Assembly (NCBI GenBank): GCA_965205015.1
Contig: OZ242029.1
Location: forward strand, 832,001-896,000
Length of the DNA: 64,000 bases
Direction of reading: 5' to 3'
DNA from: Candidatus Poribacteria bacterium
GTDB taxonomy: Bacteria > Poribacteria > WGA-4E > WGA-3G
The position numbers and the translations under genes are program-made. Shown piece by piece: positions 38,310 through 47,848 of the stretch. Under the pieces are notes generated by a model. That model was not told where the DNA came from. It saw nothing but the letters and a program-made list of their open reading frames with translations, and made no database searches. The stretch's first letter is position 1; every line of letters begins with the position of its first letter.

Positions 38310-39071
38310 ATGCAGAGTACGGAGATTAACGGTCTGAAAATCTCATATCAGGTTGGCGGAGAGGGCGACGTCGTTCTCCTTCTGCATGGCTGGGGTGGAG
38401 AAGCGGCGAGTTTTCAACCCGTCTTTGATTGGCTCACACAATCCCACAAAGTCTACGCACTGGATTTGCCAGGGTTCGGTCAAAGTCAGATGCCACCTAC
38501 AGCATGGAACACCTCCGATTACGCCCAGTTCGTTATAGCGTTTCTGGAGAAGTCTGGCATTCCGAAGGCTCACTTCATCGGTCACTCCTTTGGCGGTAGA
38601 ATTGCGATTATCGTATCAGCGGAATACCCTGAAAAAGTCGATAAACTTATCTTGGTTGACAGCGCGGGAATCAAACCCCCTCGCTCCGCAAGATACTATC
38701 TTCGCGTAGGTTTGGCAAAAATCGGTAAATTGCTCCGCCGATGCGGGAAATACGGTATCTTTGTCGCAGACGCGATGTCCGCACGTGCCGGCTCGAAAGA
38801 TTATCAGAACGCTGGAGATATGCGTGCCACACTCGTCAAAGTCGTGAATCAAGATTTGCGCGCATTCTTGCCACGGATAATCGCACCAACCTTACTCATC
38901 TGGGGGGAAGACGACAACGATACACCCGTGGCTTTCGGACAAATTATGGAGAAAGAAATACCTGACGCCGGATTAGTCGTCCTAAAGGAAGCGGGGCATT
39001 TCTCGTACCTTGATCAATTTCCGCAGTTTTGTCGAATCGTCGCAAGTTTTTTGAAAATCGCTGGAGAATAG
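38310..39071 (+). CDS. Alpha/beta hydrolase
   Basis: LLHGWG, GHSFGG nucleophile elbow, WGEDD.DTP, AGHF. Confidence 0.9.
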   Translation: MQSTEINGLKISYQVGGEGDVVLLLHGWGGEAASFQPVFDWLTQSHKVYALDLPGFGQSQMPPTAWNTSDYAQFVIAFLEKSGIPKAHFIGHSFGGRIAIIVSAEYPEKVDKLILVDSAGIKPPRSARYYLRVGLAKIGKLLRRCGKYGIFVADAMSARAGSKDYQNAGDMRATLVKVVNQDLRAFLPRIIAPTLLIWGEDDNDTPVAFGQIMEKEIPDAGLVVLKEAGHFSYLDQFPQFCRIVASFLKIAGE

Positions 39072-39254
39072 CATTTTAACCATCAACTCGGGTTTCCTTT
39101 GAATATTGTATCGGAGGCGAGTTGATGGTTAACCGCAAACCACACGCCGAGACCTGCGTCGCAATTAGCAAAGAGACTTCTATTAAACGAGAACCTTTTA
39201 ACTGATGGCTTCCGACTGCTGAAAGCCATTAAAAGGAAAATTGGAAAATTGGAA

Positions 39255-40904
39255 ATGATGAGTACAGTGTTTTTCTACTTCACGCTGCTAACCTGTTTCG
39301 TAAGGGCTGTTGTCAGGACGACGCGTGGTCTCCATATGCTCCAACTCGATGGCTATAAGACGGGTCGGTACCTGAAATGGATGCCTCAGCACTTGAAGAG
39401 TTGTTTTGAAATCAAGGAGATTCTCATTATTGGTGGGCTTCTCATCTTGACCGCGTTCTATCCACAATATAACGATACGTGGTTGTTCCCTATACTGTGT
39501 TTGGCTTGGGGCGGGTTCCAAATCTATATGAGCACACAACGGAAAAAGGTAGAAGCCAAAAAACCACTCGTTTATACGGCACGCGCGAAACGGGTGTTCG
39601 GACTCTCAATCTGCTTGCTCATCGGTATCGCGACAACACTCCTGCTGATAGCACAAACAAGTCCGTGGCGTATCGCGCTCTTCCTCTTTAGCGAATTAAC
39701 TGTCCTTAATTTAACAATTGCGAATCTTCTTATCTATCCTTTGGAGCGTACCATAAATGGAGCATATCTCCTTTCAGCGAAAAAGCGAATCAAGACGCTC
39801 CAACCCAAAGTTATCGGGATTACAGGAAGTTACGGCAAGACGAGCACGAAATATATTCTACATCAGATTTTGTCTCAAAAATTTAACACGTTGATGACAC
39901 CCGACAGTTACAATACACCCATGGGTATCTGCAAAGTCATCCGCGGGGAACTTACCGCCGAACATGAGATATTTATTGTCGAAATGGGGGCTTATAAACG
40001 TGGCGACATCCGAGAGTTGTGTAATTTAGCATCCCCTCAAATCGGCATTCTCACCGCTGTTGGACCTCAGCACTTGGAACGATTCAAAAGTATAGAGAAT
40101 ATTGCCAAAACGAAATATGAGTTGATCGAGTCTCTCCCACCGGGTGGGCTCGCAGTTTTCAACTGCGACAATGAAATCTGTGCTGGACTTGCCGATAAAA
40201 GGGAGCAAACTGGAAACTCAGTGCGTCGGTACGCGACAGAACCCTTTCCTGTAACTTCGGCTGCTGAGCGTGCTGAGTTAACCGCCACGGACATTCAACA
40301 CACCGACGCAGGACTTGCTTTCAGATTACATACATCCGTCGGTACGGAAACCGAAATTCGGACCCAACTTTTGGGGAGGCATAATGTATCCAATATCCTT
40401 GCTGCAACGGCAGTTGCAATAGAATGTGGGATGACGCTTGAGGAAATTCGGGTAGCAATCGCTAATGTTGAATCCGTGCCCCACCGCTTGCAATTGACTG
40501 CCAGTGAAGGCAACGTAACCATCATTGACGATAGCTTCAACTCGAACCCAGTCGGCGCGAAAGCCGCCCTTGAAGTTCTCACGGAAATCCAAGGTGGGAA
40601 AAAAGTGTTAGTGACACCTGGAATGGTAGAACTCGGGGAAAGGGAATACGAAGAAAATAAGCGTCTCGGAGAACACGCAGCCGATGTCTGTGACCTGGTC
40701 ATTTTAGTCGGACCCAAGCGGACGACTCCGATTTTAGACGGTTTGAAAGCCGTCCAATATCCGATCCAGCAAATCATTGTCGCACTCAACTTGGAAGAAG
40801 TCAAACAACATTTAGCAACACAGGTCGGAGCCGGTGATGTCGTCCTTTTTGAAAACGACCTGCCGGATAACTACAATGAGGAACAGCAATCGGCTATCGG
40901 TTGA
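39255..40904 (+). CDS. murF: UDP-MurNAc-pentapeptide synthetase with N-terminal membrane domain
   Basis: GITGSYGKT, VEMGA, IIDDSFNSNP, PGMVELG; about 170 aa hydrophobic N-terminal extension. Confidence 0.9.
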   Translation: MMSTVFFYFTLLTCFVRAVVRTTRGLHMLQLDGYKTGRYLKWMPQHLKSCFEIKEILIIGGLLILTAFYPQYNDTWLFPILCLAWGGFQIYMSTQRKKVEAKKPLVYTARAKRVFGLSICLLIGIATTLLLIAQTSPWRIALFLFSELTVLNLTIANLLIYPLERTINGAYLLSAKKRIKTLQPKVIGITGSYGKTSTKYILHQILSQKFNTLMTPDSYNTPMGICKVIRGELTAEHEIFIVEMGAYKRGDIRELCNLASPQIGILTAVGPQHLERFKSIENIAKTKYELIESLPPGGLAVFNCDNEICAGLADKREQTGNSVRRYATEPFPVTSAAERAELTATDIQHTDAGLAFRLHTSVGTETEIRTQLLGRHNVSNILAATAVAIECGMTLEEIRVAIANVESVPHRLQLTASEGNVTIIDDSFNSNPVGAKAALEVLTEIQGGKKVLVTPGMVELGEREYEENKRLGEHAADVCDLVILVGPKRTTPILDGLKAVQYPIQQIIVALNLEEVKQHLATQVGAGDVVLFENDLPDNYNEEQQSAIG

Positions 40905-40919
40905 CAGTCTTTTTAATAA

Positions 40920-41012
40920 TAGAACTTACGCAATTTCTATGGAAGCTCTACGGTCCACACGCCACCGGCGAGGTTTCAAACCTCGCCAGCAAAGGATGCT
41001 GCGTAAGTCCTG
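40920..41012. mobile_element. 93-bp MITE with TIRs, 5-bp target duplication and internal REP
   Basis: TAGAACTTACGCA ... TGCGTAAGTCCTG flanked on both sides by AATAA. Confidence 0.7.
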
Positions 41013-41077
41013 AATAATTCGCAAAGCGTTAGATTAAGCGGTTGGTTCTCTAGCGATTTTCGTGAAGGAAAAATTAA

Positions 41078-42304
41078 ATGTCAAAATACAATGTAGCCCT
41101 TATATTTGGCGGATGCACACCTGAACATGAAGTCTCAATCGTAACTGCACACCAAGTTTGTCTCGCCCTACAGGACTTTAGTGACGGATCAGGGGGGCAT
41201 CACGTTACCCCTATCTATGTCACAAAAAATGGCGAGTGGTTAACCGGCGATGCCCTTCGCGATTTGTCCACGTTTACCGACGGAAATCTGCCACATCCAA
41301 CCGACTTCGACAAAGTCAGCGTTGAATTTCATCCGAACCCGCAATTCGTTGTTACCACAAAACATTGGCTGGGTCAAAACATTCAGAAAAGAACTGTTCT
41401 TCCGGTAGATGTCGTCTTTCCAGCAATACACGGTATGCATGGCGAAGATGGAACGCTTCAAGGTTTACTTGAACTTATGAATCTCCCCTACGTTGGTGCG
41501 CGAGTCGTCGGCTCAGCTGTCGGTATGGATAAAATCATGATGAAGGCGATTCTCAGCGAAAATGAGCTGCCAATACTTCCCTATTTCTATTGGTCCAATT
41601 ATGACTGGGAGACGCGCCGTAACGAACTTATTAAAGCGGTGGAAGCATCGCTTTCTTACCCACTGTTTGTGAAACCTGCAATGAGCGGCTCAAGTATTGG
41701 GGTCAGCCACGTTAAAAATCAAGATGAACTTTGCGCTGCTGCGGAAGTTGCCGGACATTATTCGCGCAGAATTCTCATCGAAAAGGCGGTCAAGAATCCC
41801 CTCGAAATCAACTGTGCTGTAATGGGTACGGACGATCCCACCGCCTCTGTCTGCGAGCAACCTGTGACGCGGGAAACCAACTTTCTCAGCTTTGACGATA
41901 AATACATCCATCAAAATGGAGAATCTTCAGGAATGGCAGGTGCAGAAAGGAAAATTCCTGCACCCATTTCAGAAGAATTGACGTTACATATACAAAACCT
42001 GGCAATACAGACCTTTCAGGTTTTAGATTGCGCTGGTGTCGCACGTATCGACTTCCTCGTAGATGCAAACGAGAACGTTTATGTGAATGAAATCAACACC
42101 ATTCCCGGGTCATATAGTTACTACTTGTGGACGCATCAAGGCATTGCGTTTCCGCAACTCGTATCCGAACTCATCGATTTAGCATTTACGGCACATGCAC
42201 AGAAAAATGCGCTAACCTACACATATACGACGAACCTCCTAAGCCAAGCAGGAGCGAGTTTTGCCAAATTGAAGAAGGGTGACAAGTTCGGAGACACCGC
42301 GTAA
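41078..42304 (+). CDS. ddl: D-alanine--D-alanine ligase
   Basis: EHEVS, HGMHGEDG, GSSIGV, FDDKY, NEINTIPG. Confidence 0.93.
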   Translation: MSKYNVALIFGGCTPEHEVSIVTAHQVCLALQDFSDGSGGHHVTPIYVTKNGEWLTGDALRDLSTFTDGNLPHPTDFDKVSVEFHPNPQFVVTTKHWLGQNIQKRTVLPVDVVFPAIHGMHGEDGTLQGLLELMNLPYVGARVVGSAVGMDKIMMKAILSENELPILPYFYWSNYDWETRRNELIKAVEASLSYPLFVKPAMSGSSIGVSHVKNQDELCAAAEVAGHYSRRILIEKAVKNPLEINCAVMGTDDPTASVCEQPVTRETNFLSFDDKYIHQNGESSGMAGAERKIPAPISEELTLHIQNLAIQTFQVLDCAGVARIDFLVDANENVYVNEINTIPGSYSYYLWTHQGIAFPQLVSELIDLAFTAHAQKNALTYTYTTNLLSQAGASFAKLKKGDKFGDTA

Positions 42305-42400
42305 AACGGTTACCGGGTGTCAGGAGAGCGTGTGGCAGCTGCAATAGCTTTGAATACCATAAACTGCTCTTAACCGATAACTGACAACTGACAACTAAAA

Positions 42401-43504
42401 ATGTTTTACCATCTGTTCTATGAGAATCTCGTTGAAGTCTTTTCGCCATTCAACATTTTTCGCTATATCAGTATTCGAGCGATTTATGCAACGGCAACAT
42501 CACTGATTATCGCGCTTGTTTTGGGACCGTTCATGATAAATCGGCTCAAACAGCTTCGGATCGGCGAACATATACGCGCAGAGGGACCACAAGATCACCA
42601 AAGCAAAGCAGGGACGCCAACAATGGGCGGCGTGCTCATTATCGTTTCCGTCCTGATATCGGTAGTGTTCTGGTCGCGTTTGGATCAACCCTACATCTAC
42701 TTGATGATTCTAACAACACTCTGGTTCGGCGGGCTCGGATTCTTAGATGATTACAGTAAATTGGTAAAACAACAATCCTTAGGACTTCGAGGTTGGCATA
42801 AAATTGGACTTCAAACAGTAGGCGCGTTAGTGATTGCGGGTTATCTTTACCAATGGGGTCCCGCGCACACTGGAGATCTAACAACACGGACATCGCTGGC
42901 TCTCCCTTTTTTCAAAGATGTCCACCCAAACTTAGGTATCCTGTTTATCCCGCTCACAACGTTGGTCATCGTTGGAACCTCTAATGCCGTCAATCTTACG
43001 GATGGAATGGATGGATTAGCAATTGGATGCACCTTGTTTGTTGCGGGAACCTTAGGCATCGTCGGGTACATGACAAGTCACAGTGAGATTGCAGCGTACC
43101 TGAACATCTTTCATCTACCCGTCGGTGGAGAAGTCACAACAGTTTTCTGTGCAGCGTTAGTCGGGGCGGGTTTGGGATTTTTATGGTACAATGGGCATCC
43201 TGCCCAAGTCTTTATGGGAGACACCGGATCGATGGCACTCGGTGCCACACTTGGGACGGTGGCAGTGCTTATAAAGCAGGAATTTCTACTCCTGATCGTC
43301 GGTGCCATTTTCGTCGCTGAAACATTATCGGTCATCATCCAAGTCTGGTCATTCCGTACATTTGGTAAACGTGTGTTCAAAATGTCTCCGATCCATTATC
43401 ACTTCCTGCTCTCAGGGTGGAAAGAATCCAAAGTTGTCATCCGATTTTGGATCGTTGGGCTTATTTTGGTCTTAATAGCCTTAAGCACATTGAAACTTCG
43501 GTGA
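42401..43504 (+). CDS. mraY: Phospho-N-acetylmuramoyl-pentapeptide transferase
   Basis: GTPTMGG, FLDD, NAVNLTDGMDGL, FMGDTGS. Confidence 0.97.
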   Translation: MFYHLFYENLVEVFSPFNIFRYISIRAIYATATSLIIALVLGPFMINRLKQLRIGEHIRAEGPQDHQSKAGTPTMGGVLIIVSVLISVVFWSRLDQPYIYLMILTTLWFGGLGFLDDYSKLVKQQSLGLRGWHKIGLQTVGALVIAGYLYQWGPAHTGDLTTRTSLALPFFKDVHPNLGILFIPLTTLVIVGTSNAVNLTDGMDGLAIGCTLFVAGTLGIVGYMTSHSEIAAYLNIFHLPVGGEVTTVFCAALVGAGLGFLWYNGHPAQVFMGDTGSMALGATLGTVAVLIKQEFLLLIVGAIFVAETLSVIIQVWSFRTFGKRVFKMSPIHYHFLLSGWKESKVVIRFWIVGLILVLIALSTLKLR

Positions 43505-43572
43505 GGAGAATAGCAATCAGCAATCAGCCTCAGAAAAGATACCGTCGTTAACGCGGTCTTTGCCGATGCCTG

Positions 43573-45021
43573 ATGGCTAAGAAAAAAGTGCAATTACAAG
43601 GAAAGCGGGTTACAGTTTTTGGCTTGAATCGAAGCGGGATCGCTGCGGCGAAATTACTCTATTCACAGGGTGCCGTTGTTACGCTTACAGACACGCGTTC
43701 TCGTGAAGCACTCTCTGCAGAAATTGAGGCACTCAATGCGTCCTCAGACCCAAGCAAAGCACAGACTGTTAACGGTAGGCTTGCAGACACCTGCAGTCCG
43801 TATCGCACATATTTTAGTGGACACCCTCTGGAATGCATCACAGATGCAGATCTTATAGTGGTCTCTCCAGGTGTACCCCTTGATATCCCGATCCTGTGCA
43901 AGGCGCGGGCGCGAAACCTCCCAATCCTCGCAGAATTGGAGATTGCCGCGAGCGTATGTCCGGCAACTATTGTCGCCATCACTGGCACGAAAGGTAAATC
44001 AACAACGACACTCCTCACAGCTGCCATACTAAAATCCAGTGGTAGATTTCCAAACGTTCGTGTTGCTGGCAATATCGGCGTCCCATTGGCAGCAGAGGTT
44101 CAAAACCTGACACGTCGAGATATAGTCGTTGTTGAAGCAAGCAGTTTTCAGTTGGAGAGTACCGTAACGTTTCATCCGAAAGTTAGCGTTGTGCTTAATT
44201 TATCTCGCGACCATTTAGACAGACATGGAACAATGTCCTCTTATCGCGAGGCAAAACAGAAAATCTCTGACAATCAGACAACTACAGATTGGATAGTCCT
44301 CAACGCCTCAGATGCATCTGTCAAGGATTTCGCAGTATCAACATCGGCGGAAGCGGTCTATTTCACAGATAAAGGGCTTCCCGAGAATTCGTCGTTCTCC
44401 GGAACATTTAGAGAGGGTGCGGAACTTTTCGTCCAGCGGAATGGGACACGTGAAAAAATATGTGACATCGTGGACCTTCCACTCCCAGGAGCACACAATG
44501 TACAGAACGTCCTCGCTGCTATCGCCGTAGGACGCATCTTTGGTGTAACAGGAACAGAAATCCGAGAAGCACTTCAAGGTTTCGATCGGTCGCATCCCGC
44601 TTTATTCCATGCTTTTGAGTTGGTGCGAACCGTAGAAGGCGTTCGGTTTATAAATGACTCAAAAGCGACAAACGTGGCGGCAGTCAAAGCAGCTCTTGAA
44701 TCATTAGCAGATGCTCAAGTTCTACTGATAATGGGAGGGTATGATAAAGGCAACGACTACACACCTTTGCGTGAAATTGTTCAAACGCAGGTTAAAGGGG
44801 CAATAATGCTCGGAGAGTATACCCAAGACATTGAAAAGACGCTCGCCAATACCACGAAAATAATGAAAGCGAAAACAATGGCAGAGGCTGTGCAGGTGGC
44901 ATATAAACACGCGGCACCGGGCGATGTCGTGCTGCTGTCTCCGGCAAATGCCAGTTTTGACATGTATTCCGATTATAAAGCAAGAGGCACTGACTTTAAA
45001 AAAGCAGTTGATGCACTTTAA
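43573..45021 (+). CDS. murD: UDP-MurNAc-L-Ala--D-Glu ligase
   Basis: VVSPG, GTKGKSTT, EASSFQL, DHLDRH, NDSKATN, SPANASFD. Confidence 0.96.
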   Translation: MAKKKVQLQGKRVTVFGLNRSGIAAAKLLYSQGAVVTLTDTRSREALSAEIEALNASSDPSKAQTVNGRLADTCSPYRTYFSGHPLECITDADLIVVSPGVPLDIPILCKARARNLPILAELEIAASVCPATIVAITGTKGKSTTTLLTAAILKSSGRFPNVRVAGNIGVPLAAEVQNLTRRDIVVVEASSFQLESTVTFHPKVSVVLNLSRDHLDRHGTMSSYREAKQKISDNQTTTDWIVLNASDASVKDFAVSTSAEAVYFTDKGLPENSSFSGTFREGAELFVQRNGTREKICDIVDLPLPGAHNVQNVLAAIAVGRIFGVTGTEIREALQGFDRSHPALFHAFELVRTVEGVRFINDSKATNVAAVKAALESLADAQVLLIMGGYDKGNDYTPLREIVQTQVKGAIMLGEYTQDIEKTLANTTKIMKAKTMAEAVQVAYKHAAPGDVVLLSPANASFDMYSDYKARGTDFKKAVDAL

Positions 45022-45070
45022 CCCCAAAGTCGTCGGCACACGCCGTGTGTCGTTATAACAGTATGAAAAA

Positions 45071-46339
45071 ATGGCACGCAACTACCAAAACTCTACCCAT
45101 AGCAATAGGAACCGCAAATCCAAGCCTAAATCTGGGTTCAAATGGACAAACACGCGCGTCTATTCCGTTGTAGAGGAGCAGCAGAAACAAGCAGCGCCCG
45201 CTCCCCCTCCGCAAAGATTCGGGCGAATGGATAGAGGGTTGATCGCTCTTACACTCTGCCTCATCGCAATAGGCATTCTGATGGTATACAGCGCAAGCCA
45301 TCTCTTATCTTCAAGACACTATGACGGTTATAGTTACCGCTATCTACAGATACACATCGTTGCCTGTGCGATTGGCTTAGTGGGTATGTTTTTTACTTCC
45401 CATCTACCTTACAGATTTTATGCAAGGTTCGCAAATCTCTTTTTGATACTCGCCTTTATAGGGTTATTATTGGTTTTCGTGCCAGGTTTAGGCGCAAGCG
45501 TACAAGGGGCAGAAGGCGGTAGATTTAGACGCTGGATCCGGATTGCGAATCTACCGATCCATTTTCAGCCCGTGGAATTTGCGAAAATAGCGTTGGTTAT
45601 ACATGTGGCGAATTTCATCAGTCGTAACCCAGAACGGGTCAAGAGTTTTTTCAACGGGGTACTGCCGAATATCTTAATTGTAGGTGCCGCTTTTGGTCTC
45701 GTGTACATCCAACCGGATTTCGGTTCAGCGGCCCTACTCGTTCTAACCGTCTGTATCGTGCTATTTGTCGGTGGTATGCGTATCTGGCAGGTGTTAGCAC
45801 TTGGGGGGGCAGGTGTAGGGCTTTTCGGTCTGTTGATAATTCGGGATTCCTATAAACTCAAACGGCTCATGGATTATTTGGCAATGTTGAAATCTCCGGA
45901 TGCAACGAACTATCAGTTAACACGATCGCTGGACGCCCTCGAAAGTGGTGGACTGCTCGGTTTAGGGATCGATAGCAGCCTTCAGAAAATATCGCGTCTC
46001 CCCTATCCACACACAGATTTTATTTTCGCAGTGTTAGGTGAGGAATTCGGATTTATCGGGGCTGTGACTGTGACGTTTATTTTCATGCTTTTTATATGGC
46101 GAGGACTCCACATTGCCCGACACGCCAGTGATCTATTCGCCTCTTTGCTCGCCATCGGAATTACAACACTCATCGGCTTACAGACATTCATTAACATCGG
46201 TGTTGTAACAGGTTTACTGCCGACAAAAGGGATCACATTGCCGTTTATCAGTTATGGGGGTTCATCAATCGTTCTGAGCTTGGTAAGCGTCGGGATCCTT
46301 TTGAATGTATCACGGAGCAGCAGTAAAAACGTAGATTGA
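45071..46339 (+). CDS. ftsW: SEDS peptidoglycan polymerase
   Basis: MVYSAS, FQPVEFAK, QPDFGS, HTDFIFAVLGEE, PFISYGGSS; dcw position. Confidence 0.93.
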   Translation: MARNYQNSTHSNRNRKSKPKSGFKWTNTRVYSVVEEQQKQAAPAPPPQRFGRMDRGLIALTLCLIAIGILMVYSASHLLSSRHYDGYSYRYLQIHIVACAIGLVGMFFTSHLPYRFYARFANLFLILAFIGLLLVFVPGLGASVQGAEGGRFRRWIRIANLPIHFQPVEFAKIALVIHVANFISRNPERVKSFFNGVLPNILIVGAAFGLVYIQPDFGSAALLVLTVCIVLFVGGMRIWQVLALGGAGVGLFGLLIIRDSYKLKRLMDYLAMLKSPDATNYQLTRSLDALESGGLLGLGIDSSLQKISRLPYPHTDFIFAVLGEEFGFIGAVTVTFIFMLFIWRGLHIARHASDLFASLLAIGITTLIGLQTFINIGVVTGLLPTKGITLPFISYGGSSIVLSLVSVGILLNVSRSSSKNVD

Positions 46340-46378
46340 TATCAAACCGATAAAACAGAACACCAGGTCTGAAACGTG

Positions 46379-46405
46379 GTAGGGGCTGGGTAACCCAGCC
46401 CCTAC
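46379..46405. repeat. GTAG-family REP palindrome
   Basis: GTAGGGGCTGGGTAACCCAGCCCCTAC is a perfect stem-loop. Confidence 0.8.
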
Positions 46406-46423
46406 AGAAGGCAGCGCTACGAA

Positions 46424-47656
46424 ATGGAACATGAAATTCAAGCAACCGACGACCGTAGCTTATCGGCACTGAAACGGCGTGCGACAGAAAAAAGAATCAT
46501 TATTGCGGGCGGCGGGACAGGCGGGCATATCTATCCCGCTATTGGTATCGCCCAAGCACTGCAACGCTTAGATGCTGCCGTCGACATTGCATTCATTGGC
46601 GGTGCGGACAAGTTGGAAGCAACGCTTGTACCACAACACGGATTCCGTTTCCTGCCTATTTCGGTTGCGGGGCTTCCGCGTCGCCTCACTTTACAGTGGC
46701 TACCAACCCTTTGGAAGGCGTCTCATGGACTTATTCAGTCATTACGATATATGAAGGCGTTGAAACCAGACATTGTTATAGGAACGGGCGGATATGTTTC
46801 GGGTCCGGTTCTGTTAGCCGGTCTTCTGTGCCGGATTCCAATTGCGATCCAAGAACAAAATGCTTCTGTTGGCTTAACGAACAGTATATTGGCACGATGG
46901 GCGGATGCCGCCTACCTTGCCATGGAATCGGTTCGCGAGCACAATTCGTTCCGACGCACCACACGCATAGAGATTACAGGAAATCCGATTCGTCCTGCAA
47001 TTGCTGCATTCCCGAGGTGCGAAGAAACCTATAGAAGATTCGGGTTGTACCCAGAGCGAAAAACTATTTTTGTGATGGGGGGAAGCCAAGGAGCTCACGC
47101 TATCAATGAAGCGATTGTTGCTGCGCTGCCACACTTCGTCGAATATGCCGATCAAATCCAGATAGTTCATCAAACGGGGGCAATGGAAGTAGACAAGGTT
47201 CAAGACGCGTATGATCGGATCCTCGCGCCGCATCGAACCGCCAACTCGACTCCCAGACAAGACAGCAAAGCACGAGTTGGAGGTTCGGGATTCCTATACT
47301 GTGTCAAACCTTTCTTTGAGACTGTTGAAGAAATCTATAGCATCGCGGACATCATGGTGTGCAGAGCAGGCGGAATGACGATTGCTGAGGTCACTGCATG
47401 CGGCATCCCGGCAATCTTTATACCCTTACCCTCGCAAACCGGAAATAATCAGGTACTAAACGCTCACACCGTTGCAGAAGCAGGCGCGGCTGTTGTCCTT
47501 GAACAAGGCACTTTCACAGTAGAGACATTGGTTAAAAACCTAACGAATATGATCTTGGACGAAAATAGACACGAACGAATGGTAACCGCAAGTCGAGCAC
47601 TTGGCAAACCAAATGCCAGCGATGACATTGCCAAGTCGATTTTTTTAATTTTTTAA
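46424..47656 (+). CDS. murG: Lipid II GlcNAc transferase
   Basis: GGGTGGHIYP, GGYVSGP, QEQN, GNPIR, GGSQGA, RAGG. Confidence 0.96.
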   Translation: MEHEIQATDDRSLSALKRRATEKRIIIAGGGTGGHIYPAIGIAQALQRLDAAVDIAFIGGADKLEATLVPQHGFRFLPISVAGLPRRLTLQWLPTLWKASHGLIQSLRYMKALKPDIVIGTGGYVSGPVLLAGLLCRIPIAIQEQNASVGLTNSILARWADAAYLAMESVREHNSFRRTTRIEITGNPIRPAIAAFPRCEETYRRFGLYPERKTIFVMGGSQGAHAINEAIVAALPHFVEYADQIQIVHQTGAMEVDKVQDAYDRILAPHRTANSTPRQDSKARVGGSGFLYCVKPFFETVEEIYSIADIMVCRAGGMTIAEVTACGIPAIFIPLPSQTGNNQVLNAHTVAEAGAAVVLEQGTFTVETLVKNLTNMILDENRHERMVTASRALGKPNASDDIAKSIFLIF

Positions 47657-47848
47657 TTTTACCTTGCGGAGAAATAACGGACGTTATAACTATCGGATGC
47701 GTTCCTTAAATCCGCCCTCCATTACATTACGGGCTACAGTTCGAAAATTAACTTAAGACAGCAGCCTGCAACAACGGCGCAGGCGGATTTGAGAAAAAAC
47801 CGTCAATAAACCAATTGCCTGATTTAACGCCTTGCGAATAATTAAAAA

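Noticed and set aside
41078-42304. D-Ala-D-Lac (Van-type) ligase
   Set aside because: The omega-loop tyrosine (DDKY) is retained and no vanH/vanX-like genes are present.
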